DNA of 64,000 nucleotides from Candidatus Latescibacterota bacterium (GCA_965205485.1 OZ242180.1:2368001-2432000); one strand, 5' to 3'; counted from the first letter of the stretch, positions 10,101 through 19,950 are shown. Program-made: numbers and translations. Notes: a model not told the origin generated them from the sequence alone.

Positions 10101-11348
10101 ATGAATGAATCCGACCGGAACAATTCACTTGATCGTCTGAGGACGCCCGAACACCTGGACCGCGCGCTGTACGTGACAACGCCGATGACATGGCTGTGGC
10201 TCTGCGTCCTCCTGGCGCTGACCGGCGCTGTCGTTGCGTGGGGGTTCTGGGGCGAGATTTCCATCTACGTGGAGGCCGAGGGTATCTTTCTGAGTCGCAA
10301 GGGCATGGTATTCGACGCGGCGTCTGACGGCGGCGGCAGACTGGCGCGAATCACGGCCACCGTCGGACAGCAGGTTCGTGAAGGCGACGTGGTGGCTGAA
10401 ATCTTCGACGCAGAGACGAGTGAACGGCTGGAGGGAGCCGTCGCGCTCGTGGCCGAGCACAAACTGGAACTCAGGGATCGCATCGCCGAGACCAATGAGG
10501 AGAACAGGCTCGCGGCGGAGAACATCGCCAGGCAGCGAGACCGCATGGACGAGATGGAACGCATAAACCGCGAGTTGAAAGAAAAGGCCGACATGCGCCT
10601 TCAGGAGGACCGGAAGCTGTTCGCGCAGCGTATGATCGATCGGACGGCCGTCGAGCGAAGCGAACAGGCGCTGAGCGTCTTGCAGCAGAATCTGTTCGAA
10701 TTACTGCGCCGGCGGGACGCGCTCGAAGTGGACGACGTTCGGCGGCGGAGCGGCATCAATTCCCGACTCTCTCACGCAAAGGGCGAACTCCTGAAAGCCG
10801 AGTTGGACGTCAGCGAACTCAAGGCGCTTATCGAGACCTGGCGAATTCGAGCTCCGGTCTCAGGGAGGATCATCGAAATCAAGGCGCAGATTGGCGCGAC
10901 GCTCAACCCCGGAGAGTCCGTACTGAGCATTGAGACCGGTGGAGAAGGTCTGGACGTGCTTACCTATATCTCTGCCATGGATGGCAAGAGCGTCAAGGCG
11001 GGTATGTCCGTCCTTGTATCTCCCGCCACCGTCCGACGCGAGGAGTACGGCTCCATGATTGGTACTGTAGAACACGTGTCCGAGTTTCCGGCGAGTCTGA
11101 ACGGCATGGTCGCCGTGCTCCGGAACCAGGAGCTTGCCGGGACCTTCTCAGCAGCGGGCCCGCCATATCCGGCACGAATCGCGCTCATGCCGGATGCGAC
11201 GACGCGTAGCGGCTTCGCCTGGACCTCGCCGCACGCCACTCGCCTTGAAATCACACCCGGAACGCTTGCAACCGTCGAAATCCGGGAGTCCACCAAACCG
11301 CCAGCCGCGCTCGTCCTGCCATGGATCAAAGAAAAACTGAGTCATTGA
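10101..11348 (+). CDS. NHLP bacteriocin system secretion protein (HlyD-like membrane fusion protein)
   Basis: LDRLRTPEHLDRALYVTTP N-terminus, single TM, coiled coil, PATVRREEYGSMIG, SGFAWTS. Confidence 0.92.
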   Translation: MNESDRNNSLDRLRTPEHLDRALYVTTPMTWLWLCVLLALTGAVVAWGFWGEISIYVEAEGIFLSRKGMVFDAASDGGGRLARITATVGQQVREGDVVAEIFDAETSERLEGAVALVAEHKLELRDRIAETNEENRLAAENIARQRDRMDEMERINRELKEKADMRLQEDRKLFAQRMIDRTAVERSEQALSVLQQNLFELLRRRDALEVDDVRRRSGINSRLSHAKGELLKAELDVSELKALIETWRIRAPVSGRIIEIKAQIGATLNPGESVLSIETGGEGLDVLTYISAMDGKSVKAGMSVLVSPATVRREEYGSMIGTVEHVSEFPASLNGMVAVLRNQELAGTFSAAGPPYPARIALMPDATTRSGFAWTSPHATRLEITPGTLATVEIRESTKPPAALVLPWIKEKLSH

Positions 11349-11423
11349 ATCCCTCGCCCTGAGCTGCATCCGAACCTCCGGTCCGATCGGGGCGGGCGTT
11401 TCAGGACGCCGACGATCCTGCAA

Positions 11424-13541
11424 ATGGAGACCACGGAGTGCGCGGCCGCTTGTCTGGGCATCATTCTCGCCTATCACGGACGATGGGTACCCCTCGAAGC
11501 GCTGCGGGTACGCTGCGGCGTCTCCAGGGACGGCGCCAATGCCGCCAATATGTTGAATGCGGCGCGGGAATACGGCCTTATTGCCCGGGGTTTCCGCAGT
11601 CAGCACCAGCAATTGTTCGACGTCCCGTTTCCCATGGTGGTCTTCTGGGAGTTCAACCATTTCGTCGTTCTCGAAGGGATCAAAGGCGACAGGGTCTATA
11701 TCAACGATCCCGGCGAAGGCCCTCGAAGGATAACGATGCAGGAGTTCGTGCAGGGCTTCGCGGGCGTCTGCTTCGGTTTCGCGCCTTCGGCCGGGTTCAG
11801 TCCGGGCGGACAGCAGCCCAATCTGGTTCGCGGACTGCGCGACCGCTTTGGCGAGGCGGGAAGTCCGTTTGCGTTTGCGGCGCTGGCGACCCTGGCCCTC
11901 GTTGTGCCCGGCGTGGCCGTCCCGACCCTGATCAAGGTATTCATAGACGATGTACTCATCGGGCAGAACAGCGCCTGGGTGTCTCCGATGCTGATCGGAC
12001 TGGCCTTCGCGGCTGTTGTCCAGGGCGCGCTGACCTGGCTGCAGCGCATCCTCCTTGCAAGGATGGAGACCAAGCTGTCCGTTATCTCGACGGTGCGCTT
12101 TTTCTGGCACGTCGCGACGTTGCCGATGTTGTTCTTCAGCCAGCGCTATGCGGGTGACATCGCCAGCCGCGTGGCGTCGAATGACACGGTCGCACGGCTG
12201 CTTTCCGGCGAACTGGCCATCAATGCGATAAACGTATTCACGATGGTGTTCTATGCGCTGGTCATGTTATCGTACGACGTTCCGCTGACGTTGATCGCAT
12301 TGGGGATGGTCGCCATAAATCTGATCGTGCTGCGTTTCGCGGCACGCGCCCGCGAAAACGCCAACCGCAGGCTTCTCAAGGAGAAGGGCAGGGTTGCCGG
12401 CGCCTCCATAAACGGCATCAGGATCATCGAGACGTTCAAGGCCAACGGTACCGAGGACGATTTCTTCGCCCGATGGTCCGGTATCCACGCCAATGCGCTT
12501 CGCGCCCAGCAGAGCCTCGATTACGTATCGACCGTTGCGAACGTGGCGCCCGTTCTGCTCTCGGCGCTTACCGCCATCATCGTCCTGGGATACGGAGGTA
12601 TTCGCATCCTCGACGGGGCGCTTTCCATCGGCGGGCTGATCGCCTTTCAGAGTCTCACGCTGAGTTTCTCACGACCTGTTGAGGGTCTGGTTCGGTTCGG
12701 CGCCAGTCTACAGATGATCAGGGCCGATATCGGCCGGCTCGACGACGTCCTGAACTACGCCCCCGACGAGCGAACGCTCAGTGGCATCAACACGGGAGCG
12801 CCTGTATCGGACGCACCCGTACCCCGGGGTTCTATCGATCTCGAAGGCGTGACGTTCGGTTACAATGCCACGGATCCGCCCCTGATCGAGGATTTCAGCC
12901 TTTCCATCAGGCCGGGCCGCCGCGTGGCGCTGGTGGGCGCATCGGGAAGCGGAAAGTCGACAGTCGCCAGGATGGTATGCGGTCTGCTGACCCCCTGGTC
13001 CGGAACCGTGCGCATCGACGGTCAGGCATTCGAGGACGTCCCTCCCGCCCGTTTCGCCGAAATCGTGTCCTACGTCGACCAGGAGGTTGTCCTGTTCGAG
13101 GACAGCGTGCGGGAAAACGTCACGCTGTGGGACCCCGATATCGAAGAACGCGACGTGGTACAGGCGCTCAGGGATGCCGCGATCCATGACGTCGTCTCTG
13201 CAAGGCCGATGAAGTACGATTGCCCCGTCAGCGAGGGAGGGCGCAATTTCAGTGGCGGTCAGCGGCAGCGCCTGGAAATCGCGCGTGCGCTTGTGAGGAA
13301 TCCGGCCGTACTGGTGCTCGACGAGGCCACCGCCGCGCTGGACCCGATTACCGAGGTCGAGATCGACGACCACCTTCGACGCCGCGGATGCTCCTGCCTC
13401 ATCATCGCCCACAGGCTGAGTACCATCAGAGACGCGGACCAGATTGTTGTTCTCGACCGGGGCCGTATCGTCCAGCGCGGCACACACGACAGCCTGATCG
13501 CGAAAGACGGCCTTTACAGAACCCTGGTCATGTCGGATTGA
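11424..13541 (+). CDS. NHLP family peptidase-containing ABC transporter (C39/permease/ATPase); true start probably upstream of 11424
   Basis: (RTPTILQ)METTECAAACL, CGVSRDG, FWEFNHFVV, INDP; Walker A GASGSGKS; FSGGQRQRLEIAR. Confidence 0.93.
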   Translation: METTECAAACLGIILAYHGRWVPLEALRVRCGVSRDGANAANMLNAAREYGLIARGFRSQHQQLFDVPFPMVVFWEFNHFVVLEGIKGDRVYINDPGEGPRRITMQEFVQGFAGVCFGFAPSAGFSPGGQQPNLVRGLRDRFGEAGSPFAFAALATLALVVPGVAVPTLIKVFIDDVLIGQNSAWVSPMLIGLAFAAVVQGALTWLQRILLARMETKLSVISTVRFFWHVATLPMLFFSQRYAGDIASRVASNDTVARLLSGELAINAINVFTMVFYALVMLSYDVPLTLIALGMVAINLIVLRFAARARENANRRLLKEKGRVAGASINGIRIIETFKANGTEDDFFARWSGIHANALRAQQSLDYVSTVANVAPVLLSALTAIIVLGYGGIRILDGALSIGGLIAFQSLTLSFSRPVEGLVRFGASLQMIRADIGRLDDVLNYAPDERTLSGINTGAPVSDAPVPRGSIDLEGVTFGYNATDPPLIEDFSLSIRPGRRVALVGASGSGKSTVARMVCGLLTPWSGTVRIDGQAFEDVPPARFAEIVSYVDQEVVLFEDSVRENVTLWDPDIEERDVVQALRDAAIHDVVSARPMKYDCPVSEGGRNFSGGQRQRLEIARALVRNPAVLVLDEATAALDPITEVEIDDHLRRRGCSCLIIAHRLSTIRDADQIVVLDRGRIVQRGTHDSLIAKDGLYRTLVMSD

Positions 13542-13545
13542 CACG

Positions 13546-16488
13546 ATGTCTGAAATACCCCTCATCGAACGCATACGCGGCGTCCGGATCGAAACCGGCG
13601 CCCACCGGCCGTTCCCGATGGACGACACGGCCGTTGTCTACTTTGTCGAACGGGGATACCTGGACGTCTTCGCCGTCGAACTCGAAGGCAACGAAGCCGC
13701 GGGACGCCGGAACTTCGTCGCCCGCGTTCCGGCCGGAGAAATGGCCTTTGGCGCGGACACCATCAGGCATCCGGTTCAGCCTCATCGCACGTTCGGATTC
13801 CTCGCCGTGCCATCTCTCGACGGGGTCATCGTACGGGGAGAGCGGGACGGCGTCGCTTCGGACGAGTTCGATCTTGCCGCGACCAGCTGGATCGACGAAT
13901 GGATTTCCCGGGTCTCGGAATTCGTGGTTCGGGACCGGCCGCCGCCCCGGGACGCACAGTTGCTGGAGGCGGAACCGGACGTTTCCTATGCAGCCGGCAG
14001 CGTGCTCAGCGCTCAGCATATGGACGTCATCTGGGTTGGCGCGGATGCGCAGATGCGCCTTGCAGGGCGCGATGCACTGGCCGTGCCGGCGGGCAGTCCG
14101 CTCGTGCCGGTCATCGAGCGAACATGGCTGCAGATCGACGCCGACGCGACGGTGTCCGCATTCTATACGCCAACTGCCCTTCTCACGGACCGGTTCTGGG
14201 AAGCGTTTGAGCGTTTCGGTACGCGAATCCTGGAATTCGCCATTCTTGCCGAGTCTGAATCGGTTGGGAACCTGCAGACCCGACGCCGCAATGCGCACGA
14301 AATCAGGAGAACTTCGGTTACGCGGGCCCTCGGCGGATTCGAGAGAATTCTGGCCGGGCCCGGCGACAACGCGACCGCCACCGTAAGCGACGGAACGCCG
14401 CTTCAAGCGGCGGCAGCCATCGTGGCTTCTTCGTGCGGGGCCTCGCTGGAGATTCCGTCGACCTCCGGGGAAGCACAGACGTCCGTGGAGGCCGTCGAGA
14501 GGATTGCCCGCAGGTCCGGGATCCGGACGCGATGGATTTCGCTGGCACCAGGATGGTGGCGGAAGGACGGACCTTCCCTGGTGGGTTTCAAAGCCGGGGA
14601 AGGCGGCACGGACCGGCCGCTCGCGCTCATTTCCGACAACCGCGGCACGTACCGGGCAATTGATCCGGTCACGAGCGAATCTTTTGTGGTCAACGAAAGC
14701 AACGCGGGGGGGATCACCCCGGGCGGCATGGCTTTCTACGCGCCGCTGCCCAACCACATCGAGTCGGGCGGGTCCGTACTTCGATTCTCGCTGCATCGCC
14801 GCGGTGGGGATCTTCGTACGGTGTTATTGGTGGGCATCGTGGGCGGGATGGCTTCACTCCTGACGCCGATACTTACCGGCGAGATTCTCGTCCGCATCAT
14901 TCCCCGGGCAGAAATCTCCCTGTGGTCTGTCGCACTGATCGCGCTGTTGTTGGCTGCTTTCGGGAACGCGGTCTTCGAGATCGTGCGCGGAATCGCCCTG
15001 CTGAGGATCGAGGGTCGCGTCGACGAGCGCCTCCAGTCCGCCATCTGGAGCAGGCTGATTGCGCTTCGCGCGCCGTTCTTTCGCGACTACACGGTGGGGG
15101 ACCTTGAGAATCGCGCGAACGGAATCAGCGAGATCAGACGCATCATCTCCTTCGCGGCCGTGGGCGCGGCCATGGGCGGCATCTTTTCCGTATTCAACCT
15201 CGCATTGCTCTTCTACTACAGCTGGTCACTCGCTTTGTACGTCTGTGGGTTGCTGTTCGTCCTGGTGGGTGCGGCATGGTTTCTGGCAAGGGGGCAGCTT
15301 CGTCATTATCGTGACGTATTTCGCATTCAGGGAGCGATCAACGGGTTCGTATTTCAACTGATAACCGGCCTGGCCAAGCTTCGGGTCGCCAATTCAGAGA
15401 CATTCGCGCTGGCGCGCTGGGCCCGGCGCTTCGCCCGGCAGAAGCAGGCCGCCTTCTCCGCGCTGAAGTGGACCGCGGGGCAATACGTCGTTGTCGGTAT
15501 GTTTCATCCCCTGGCGCTTATCGTCATCTTCGAGTCGGTGCAGCACGCCATACTGGACGGGAGAGGATCGGCATTCGACCTGGCGGGTTTTCTGTCCTTC
15601 AATGCCGCGTTCGGCCAGCTCACAGGCGCAGTATTTGCCCTCACCTCCGCCGCGGCAACCGCAATCGCCGTGATCCCGCTTCTCGAGCGCGTACGACCGA
15701 TTTTCAATGCCACGCCCGAAACCGCGGACGGACGCATCGAGCTTTCGGACATAAAGGGCGAGCTGGAATTCTCGAGCGTGAACTTTCGATACGGTCCGGA
15801 TGCATCAAAGGCGATCGACAGCGTATCGTTTCGAATCCGGCAGGGCGACTACGTCGCGTTCGTGGGACCCTCCGGCTGCGGAAAATCAACCGTCTACCGC
15901 CTGTTGCTCGGCTTCGAGCGGCCGGAGTCAGGGACGGTGTTTCTGGACGGGCACGACCTGTCCAGCCTGGACCTGACGACCCTCCGCAGGCATATGGGCG
16001 TCGTCCTGCAGAACGGCCAGATTGTCGCCGGAAATATATTCGAGAATATCGCCGGGATGTCTCCGTTGAGCGATGAAGAGGCGTGGGCTGCCGCCAGGGC
16101 GGCTGCGCTCGAAGACGATATACGGGCGATGCCGATGGGTATGCATACCATCCTGCCGGAAGGCGGTGTGGGTCTTTCGTCAGGACAGAAGCAGCGTTTG
16201 CTGATCGCGCGCGCATTCGCCCGCAAGCCGCGCATTCTGCTTTTCGACGAGGCCACCAGCGCCCTGGACAACCGGGCGCAGGCAGTGGTACAATCGTCCC
16301 TGAAGGGGTTGGGGGTGACCCGTGTCGTCATTGCTCACCGGCTGAGCACCATCCGCGACGTGGACAGAATCTTCGTGATGGACGCCGGGCGTATCGTGGA
16401 AAGCGGCAGCTTCCGGCAGCTTGTCGAGCACAACGGGGTCTTTGCCGCGCTCGCGCGGCGTCAGACGCTTCAGTCAACGAATGCGTAG
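13546..16488 (+). CDS. NHLP bacteriocin export ABC transporter permease/ATPase with N-terminal cNMP-like domain
   Basis: VYFVERGYLDVFAV N-terminal domain; GWWRKDGPSLV; GPSGCGKS; LSSGQKQRLLIAR; FDEATSALDN. Confidence 0.92.
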   Translation: MSEIPLIERIRGVRIETGAHRPFPMDDTAVVYFVERGYLDVFAVELEGNEAAGRRNFVARVPAGEMAFGADTIRHPVQPHRTFGFLAVPSLDGVIVRGERDGVASDEFDLAATSWIDEWISRVSEFVVRDRPPPRDAQLLEAEPDVSYAAGSVLSAQHMDVIWVGADAQMRLAGRDALAVPAGSPLVPVIERTWLQIDADATVSAFYTPTALLTDRFWEAFERFGTRILEFAILAESESVGNLQTRRRNAHEIRRTSVTRALGGFERILAGPGDNATATVSDGTPLQAAAAIVASSCGASLEIPSTSGEAQTSVEAVERIARRSGIRTRWISLAPGWWRKDGPSLVGFKAGEGGTDRPLALISDNRGTYRAIDPVTSESFVVNESNAGGITPGGMAFYAPLPNHIESGGSVLRFSLHRRGGDLRTVLLVGIVGGMASLLTPILTGEILVRIIPRAEISLWSVALIALLLAAFGNAVFEIVRGIALLRIEGRVDERLQSAIWSRLIALRAPFFRDYTVGDLENRANGISEIRRIISFAAVGAAMGGIFSVFNLALLFYYSWSLALYVCGLLFVLVGAAWFLARGQLRHYRDVFRIQGAINGFVFQLITGLAKLRVANSETFALARWARRFARQKQAAFSALKWTAGQYVVVGMFHPLALIVIFESVQHAILDGRGSAFDLAGFLSFNAAFGQLTGAVFALTSAAATAIAVIPLLERVRPIFNATPETADGRIELSDIKGELEFSSVNFRYGPDASKAIDSVSFRIRQGDYVAFVGPSGCGKSTVYRLLLGFERPESGTVFLDGHDLSSLDLTTLRRHMGVVLQNGQIVAGNIFENIAGMSPLSDEEAWAAARAAALEDDIRAMPMGMHTILPEGGVGLSSGQKQRLLIARAFARKPRILLFDEATSALDNRAQAVVQSSLKGLGVTRVVIAHRLSTIRDVDRIFVMDAGRIVESGSFRQLVEHNGVFAALARRQTLQSTNA

Positions 16489-16538
16489 ATCGTAAGGGGA
16501 CATGCCCCGACAATCTCCGGTGGGTCCATACGCCGGGG

Positions 16539-16566
16539 TTGACATGCGACGGAAAATCGTTATATT
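16539..16566 (+). promoter_or_regulatory. sigma70 promoter of the NHLP precursor gene
   Basis: TTGACA (16539-16544), 16 bp spacer, TATATT (16561-16566). Confidence 0.6.
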
Positions 16567-16581
16567 TGCCTTGTGGTAAAT

Positions 16582-16607
16582 ATCACGAAAAGATCATGTT
16601 TTCTTAC
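16582..16607 (+). promoter_or_regulatory. Putative operator, copy 2
   Basis: ATCACGAAAAGATCATGTTTTCTTAC; further ATCACGAA half-sites at ~16625 and ~16655. Confidence 0.55.
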
Positions 16608-16702
16608 CGTATTAGACCGAAAATATCACGAATAATGCGATAAATATAATTATCATCACGAAACATTCACTTCTTCTCACCACTCCAAACCAGGGGGCCA
16701 CG

Positions 16703-17017
16703 ATGAAGACCATGCAGGAAATGCAGGACCACGTCGTATTCAAAGCGTCTTCCGACGCGCAGTTTCGTGCCAGTCTGCTGAAGAATCCCAAGGGCTCAAT
16801 AGAAAAAGAGCTCGGCGTGAAGATTCCGGAGAATTTCTCGGTCGAAATTCACGAAGACAACCTGACGACCGCGCACCTGGTTCTTCCGCTGAGAAACGGA
16901 CCGGAGGCGATGAGCGAGGACGAGTTGGCGGCGGTTGTGGGCGGTGCAGGCGCAGAGAACTGTGAATGGGGTCACGATCATCACGACGAATACCACGTTC
17001 CGTTGGGAGGTCCCTGA
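16703..17017 (+). CDS. NHLP-leader (proteusin-type) RiPP precursor
   Basis: KASSDAQFRASLLKNPK..IEKELGVKIP..VEIHED..HLVLP leader ending MSEDELAAVVGG; core AGAENCEWGHDHHDEYHVPLGGP. Confidence 0.93.
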   Translation: MKTMQEMQDHVVFKASSDAQFRASLLKNPKGSIEKELGVKIPENFSVEIHEDNLTTAHLVLPLRNGPEAMSEDELAAVVGGAGAENCEWGHDHHDEYHVPLGGP

Positions 17018-17089
17018 TCGTTCGAAGAATCTTGCCGAGACTTCAGGAGGCGAGGTCAGGAATCCCGCATGGTTATACGACGTATTTTC

Positions 17090-17121
17090 CCGGTGCCGCC
17101 CGAAGGCGGCGCCGGTTTTTT
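17090..17121 (+). terminator. Rho-independent terminator/attenuator between the precursor and the candidate modifying enzyme
   Basis: CCGGTGCCGCC-CGAA-GGCGGCGCCGG followed by TTTTTT. Confidence 0.75.
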
Positions 17122-17195
17122 CGTACGTGCGATGCGAAGTGAGAAGAACGGAACGGCCTGATTGCGTACAACACGGTTTGACGAAGGAGCTGACG

Positions 17196-18287
17196 ATGCC
17201 GGAGCGCCTCAGGGTGATTTCACCGGAATCGCGCCGTTTCATTCCGTCGGAACTCGTCGCCGGTCACGGCTGGGACCGCCTGGTGCGCCGGGTCGGCGAA
17301 CTTCCCGGCTGGCCGGTGTTGAACAGGGTGTTCTTCGAGTTCGGCCTCGGAGACCCCGCGCCCGTTGCCGACTTCTCCGTCCGCGTCCTTCCGGGGCATC
17401 CGGGATTGCCTGGCCACTTCGTCAATCGGGGAAGGACGGCCCGGCAGAATTCCGCGGCTGCCGCGCTGGGCAGATTCCTTTCAGATTTTGCGGATGCTCG
17501 GGCGGGGTCCGGATCCGCCTTGAGCGCCAGGTTCAACGATATCATGCTCGAATACGATATCGCCGGAATCAAGACGGAAGCATCACCGGATCCCGGATTG
17601 TTTCTGGGATTGCGGCCCGCCGCGTCGCCGGACGATTCAGAGGTCCGTTCTCCACGAGACGTGGTTGCAGAGTTGACGAATGCGGTAGGATGGAATGTTG
17701 ACACCGGCGAGCGCCGGGTTGTGGAACGGATCGTCAAGGCGCTCCCGCCGGGGGGTCGGCTGGATCACGTGGGAGCGATGCCCGGCCGCTCCGTCAGGGC
17801 CGTGCGTGTGATTGTCAACGGCATTACGTCGGAGGAAATGCCGGTTTTCCTGGAGCGCGCCGGCTGGCCGGGTTCGGTACGAAACGTGATGGACGCCCTT
17901 GTTGAATGGCGTGACGTATTTCCGTACTTTCGACCCTGTTTCGACGCTTCCGCTCGCGGCTTGCGTCCGCGTCTCGGACTCGAGATGTTTCCGCGAAGTG
18001 AAAGAAAGGGCCGCTGGCCGGTGGGGGATTGGCTCAATACGGGTATCCGGACATGGCTGCCGGTTCTGGAACGCCTGGAGGAGCGGGAACTGTGTCTGCC
18101 GGCAAAGGGTAACGGCTTGCGTGTCTTCCCGGGACTGGAACGGGTTTTCGACAAGAACGGTGTGTATATGCTTCACAAGGGACTCAACCACGTCAAACTG
18201 GCGATCGAAGATGGCGGCGTACAGGCCAAAGCATATGCCGGCCTCAGATTGCTGCGGTTCGGTCCGGAAGCGGCTGCAATGCCCTGA
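17196..18287 (+). CDS. Uncharacterised RiPP-cluster protein; candidate peptide-modifying enzyme (possibly ABBA prenyltransferase-like fold)
   Basis: AAGGAG RBS and ATG 17196; motifs MLEYD, PGLFL, HVGAMPGR, FLERAGWPG, PRLGLE, LNHVKL..AKAY; directly after the precursor. Confidence 0.6.
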   Translation: MPERLRVISPESRRFIPSELVAGHGWDRLVRRVGELPGWPVLNRVFFEFGLGDPAPVADFSVRVLPGHPGLPGHFVNRGRTARQNSAAAALGRFLSDFADARAGSGSALSARFNDIMLEYDIAGIKTEASPDPGLFLGLRPAASPDDSEVRSPRDVVAELTNAVGWNVDTGERRVVERIVKALPPGGRLDHVGAMPGRSVRAVRVIVNGITSEEMPVFLERAGWPGSVRNVMDALVEWRDVFPYFRPCFDASARGLRPRLGLEMFPRSERKGRWPVGDWLNTGIRTWLPVLERLEERELCLPAKGNGLRVFPGLERVFDKNGVYMLHKGLNHVKLAIEDGGVQAKAYAGLRLLRFGPEAAAMP

Positions 18288-18507
18288 TTCGGCGGTCGAA
18301 CGGTGACACATTTCCGGAACGGAACACCAGAGCCAAAGAAACGGTTGCAGACGCTGTCATTGAAGCGCATATTGTCATTGCACGTCCCGCATTTGGACGC
18401 GATCCCGGGTCGAGGGTATGGGGAAGACGGTAGACCAAAAGTGGTAAGACGGGAGCTTGCACATAAATGAACTCACGTCACCGAAAACCGACGAATCCTG
18501 GTCTAAG

Positions 18508-19002
18508 ATGAACAAACGCGAAGACTATCTCTCGTGGGACGAATATTTCATGGGCGTCGCGCTGCTCTCCGCCCTCAGGAGCAAGGACCCCAACACCCGC
18601 GTCGGCGCATGCATCATCAACGAGAAAAAGAAAATCGTGGGCATCGGCTATAACGGCCTGCCGATCGGCTGCTCGGACGACGAGTATCCGTGGGCAAGAG
18701 AGGGGGACTTTCTCGACACCAAGTACCCGTACATATGCCACGCCGAACTCAACGCGATCCTGAACAAGATCGACACCAACCTCTACAACTGCACGATCTA
18801 CGTTACGCACTTTCCGTGCAACGAATGCGCGAAAGTGATCATTCAATCCGGCATTCGGGAAGTCATCTACCTGGCGGACAAATACGCGGAAACCGAACCC
18901 GTCATGGCCTCCAAACGCATGTTCGACAGCGCCGGAGTCGACTACCGCCGGCTCACCGGGTACCGGGATCACCTGCACATCGAATTCAAAGACCTTTCCT
19001 GA
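18508..19002 (+). CDS. dCMP deaminase (ComEB family)
   Basis: SWDEYFMGVA, RSKDPNTRVGACI, CHAELNAI, FPCNECAK zinc motifs. Confidence 0.95.
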   Translation: MNKREDYLSWDEYFMGVALLSALRSKDPNTRVGACIINEKKKIVGIGYNGLPIGCSDDEYPWAREGDFLDTKYPYICHAELNAILNKIDTNLYNCTIYVTHFPCNECAKVIIQSGIREVIYLADKYAETEPVMASKRMFDSAGVDYRRLTGYRDHLHIEFKDLS

Positions 19003-19026
19003 TATTGGATCAGAGAGGAAGCCGAA

Positions 19027-19863
19027 ATGCCGGCCACGGATCCCTGGCTGCCGGTTGGACCGGACCTGAAAACCGTCAACGCGGCGTACGAAAATCCGCT
19101 CAAAGCCCTTTCAGCGGCCGAGATACCGGCCATCCTCCTGCCTCGGTCCTACGACCCGGCCCACTGTGCCGGCCTGATTCGCCGTTTCATAGACCGCGGC
19201 CTGATGCGGGATCCCGCGGACACGGAATCCGACGATGCCCGAACCCGAATCGACATCGGCACCAGCCTGGGGAACCTGGGTAACGACCGGGAGCGATTTC
19301 TCGATCACGCCGTAAAGACTCACGACCTGTTCGGGGATCTCTTCAACGGATTCGACAATCCGGTCGACGTCATCTATGACAGCCTCACCGCCCTCGCGGC
19401 GGGTAAACGGGTGTTGACGGCGCGCGAACCAGACGGCCGCCTTTACGGACCGGCCATCTTCCGCATCCACTACACCCACCACACCTACCGGCCGCACATC
19501 GACCACGTCACGCTGCGCGAAAAACGCTTCAATTACGATGTCTCCCGGTTCGAACACCAGTTCGCCGGCATCCTCTGCTTTCAAAACGCGGCTCAGGCCG
19601 GGCCGGCGACCCAGGCGATCCTGCACCGGTGCCTGTGGACGGAAGACGTCGAGGCGCACATTGCCGAAAACGCCTTTCACGAATACGCCCGGCTGAACGA
19701 CGTCGGACAGTGCCGCGTCGAGCTTGAACCGGGCGATCTCTACTTCTTCAACACCCGCTGCATCCACGAGGTCCCCGCGGTCGAGGGAACAGACCCCAGA
19801 ATCGTCCTGGCCGTCTTCATCGGCTGGTCAGACGACGACGGCGAGGTCTACGTCTGGGCGTAG
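19027..19863 (+). CDS. Fe(II)/2-oxoglutarate-dependent oxygenase-like protein
   Basis: HxD (PHIDH) and GDLYFFN..IHEV..RIVL jelly-roll pattern. Confidence 0.65.
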   Translation: MPATDPWLPVGPDLKTVNAAYENPLKALSAAEIPAILLPRSYDPAHCAGLIRRFIDRGLMRDPADTESDDARTRIDIGTSLGNLGNDRERFLDHAVKTHDLFGDLFNGFDNPVDVIYDSLTALAAGKRVLTAREPDGRLYGPAIFRIHYTHHTYRPHIDHVTLREKRFNYDVSRFEHQFAGILCFQNAAQAGPATQAILHRCLWTEDVEAHIAENAFHEYARLNDVGQCRVELEPGDLYFFNTRCIHEVPAVEGTDPRIVLAVFIGWSDDDGEVYVWA

Positions 19864-19950
19864 CGTTATCCCGCCACAAGTCGGAATCTGTCGCCCACAG
19901 TGTCATTTTCACGATGGGAATTCGCGGGTTGCGTCCCGGAATCCGCCGCC

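Noticed and set aside
11346..11348. Sec insertion at the HlyD UGA creating a HlyD-PCAT selenoprotein
   Set aside because: No convincing SECIS-like hairpin, the position is not a catalytic Cys site, and the topology of such a fusion is implausible
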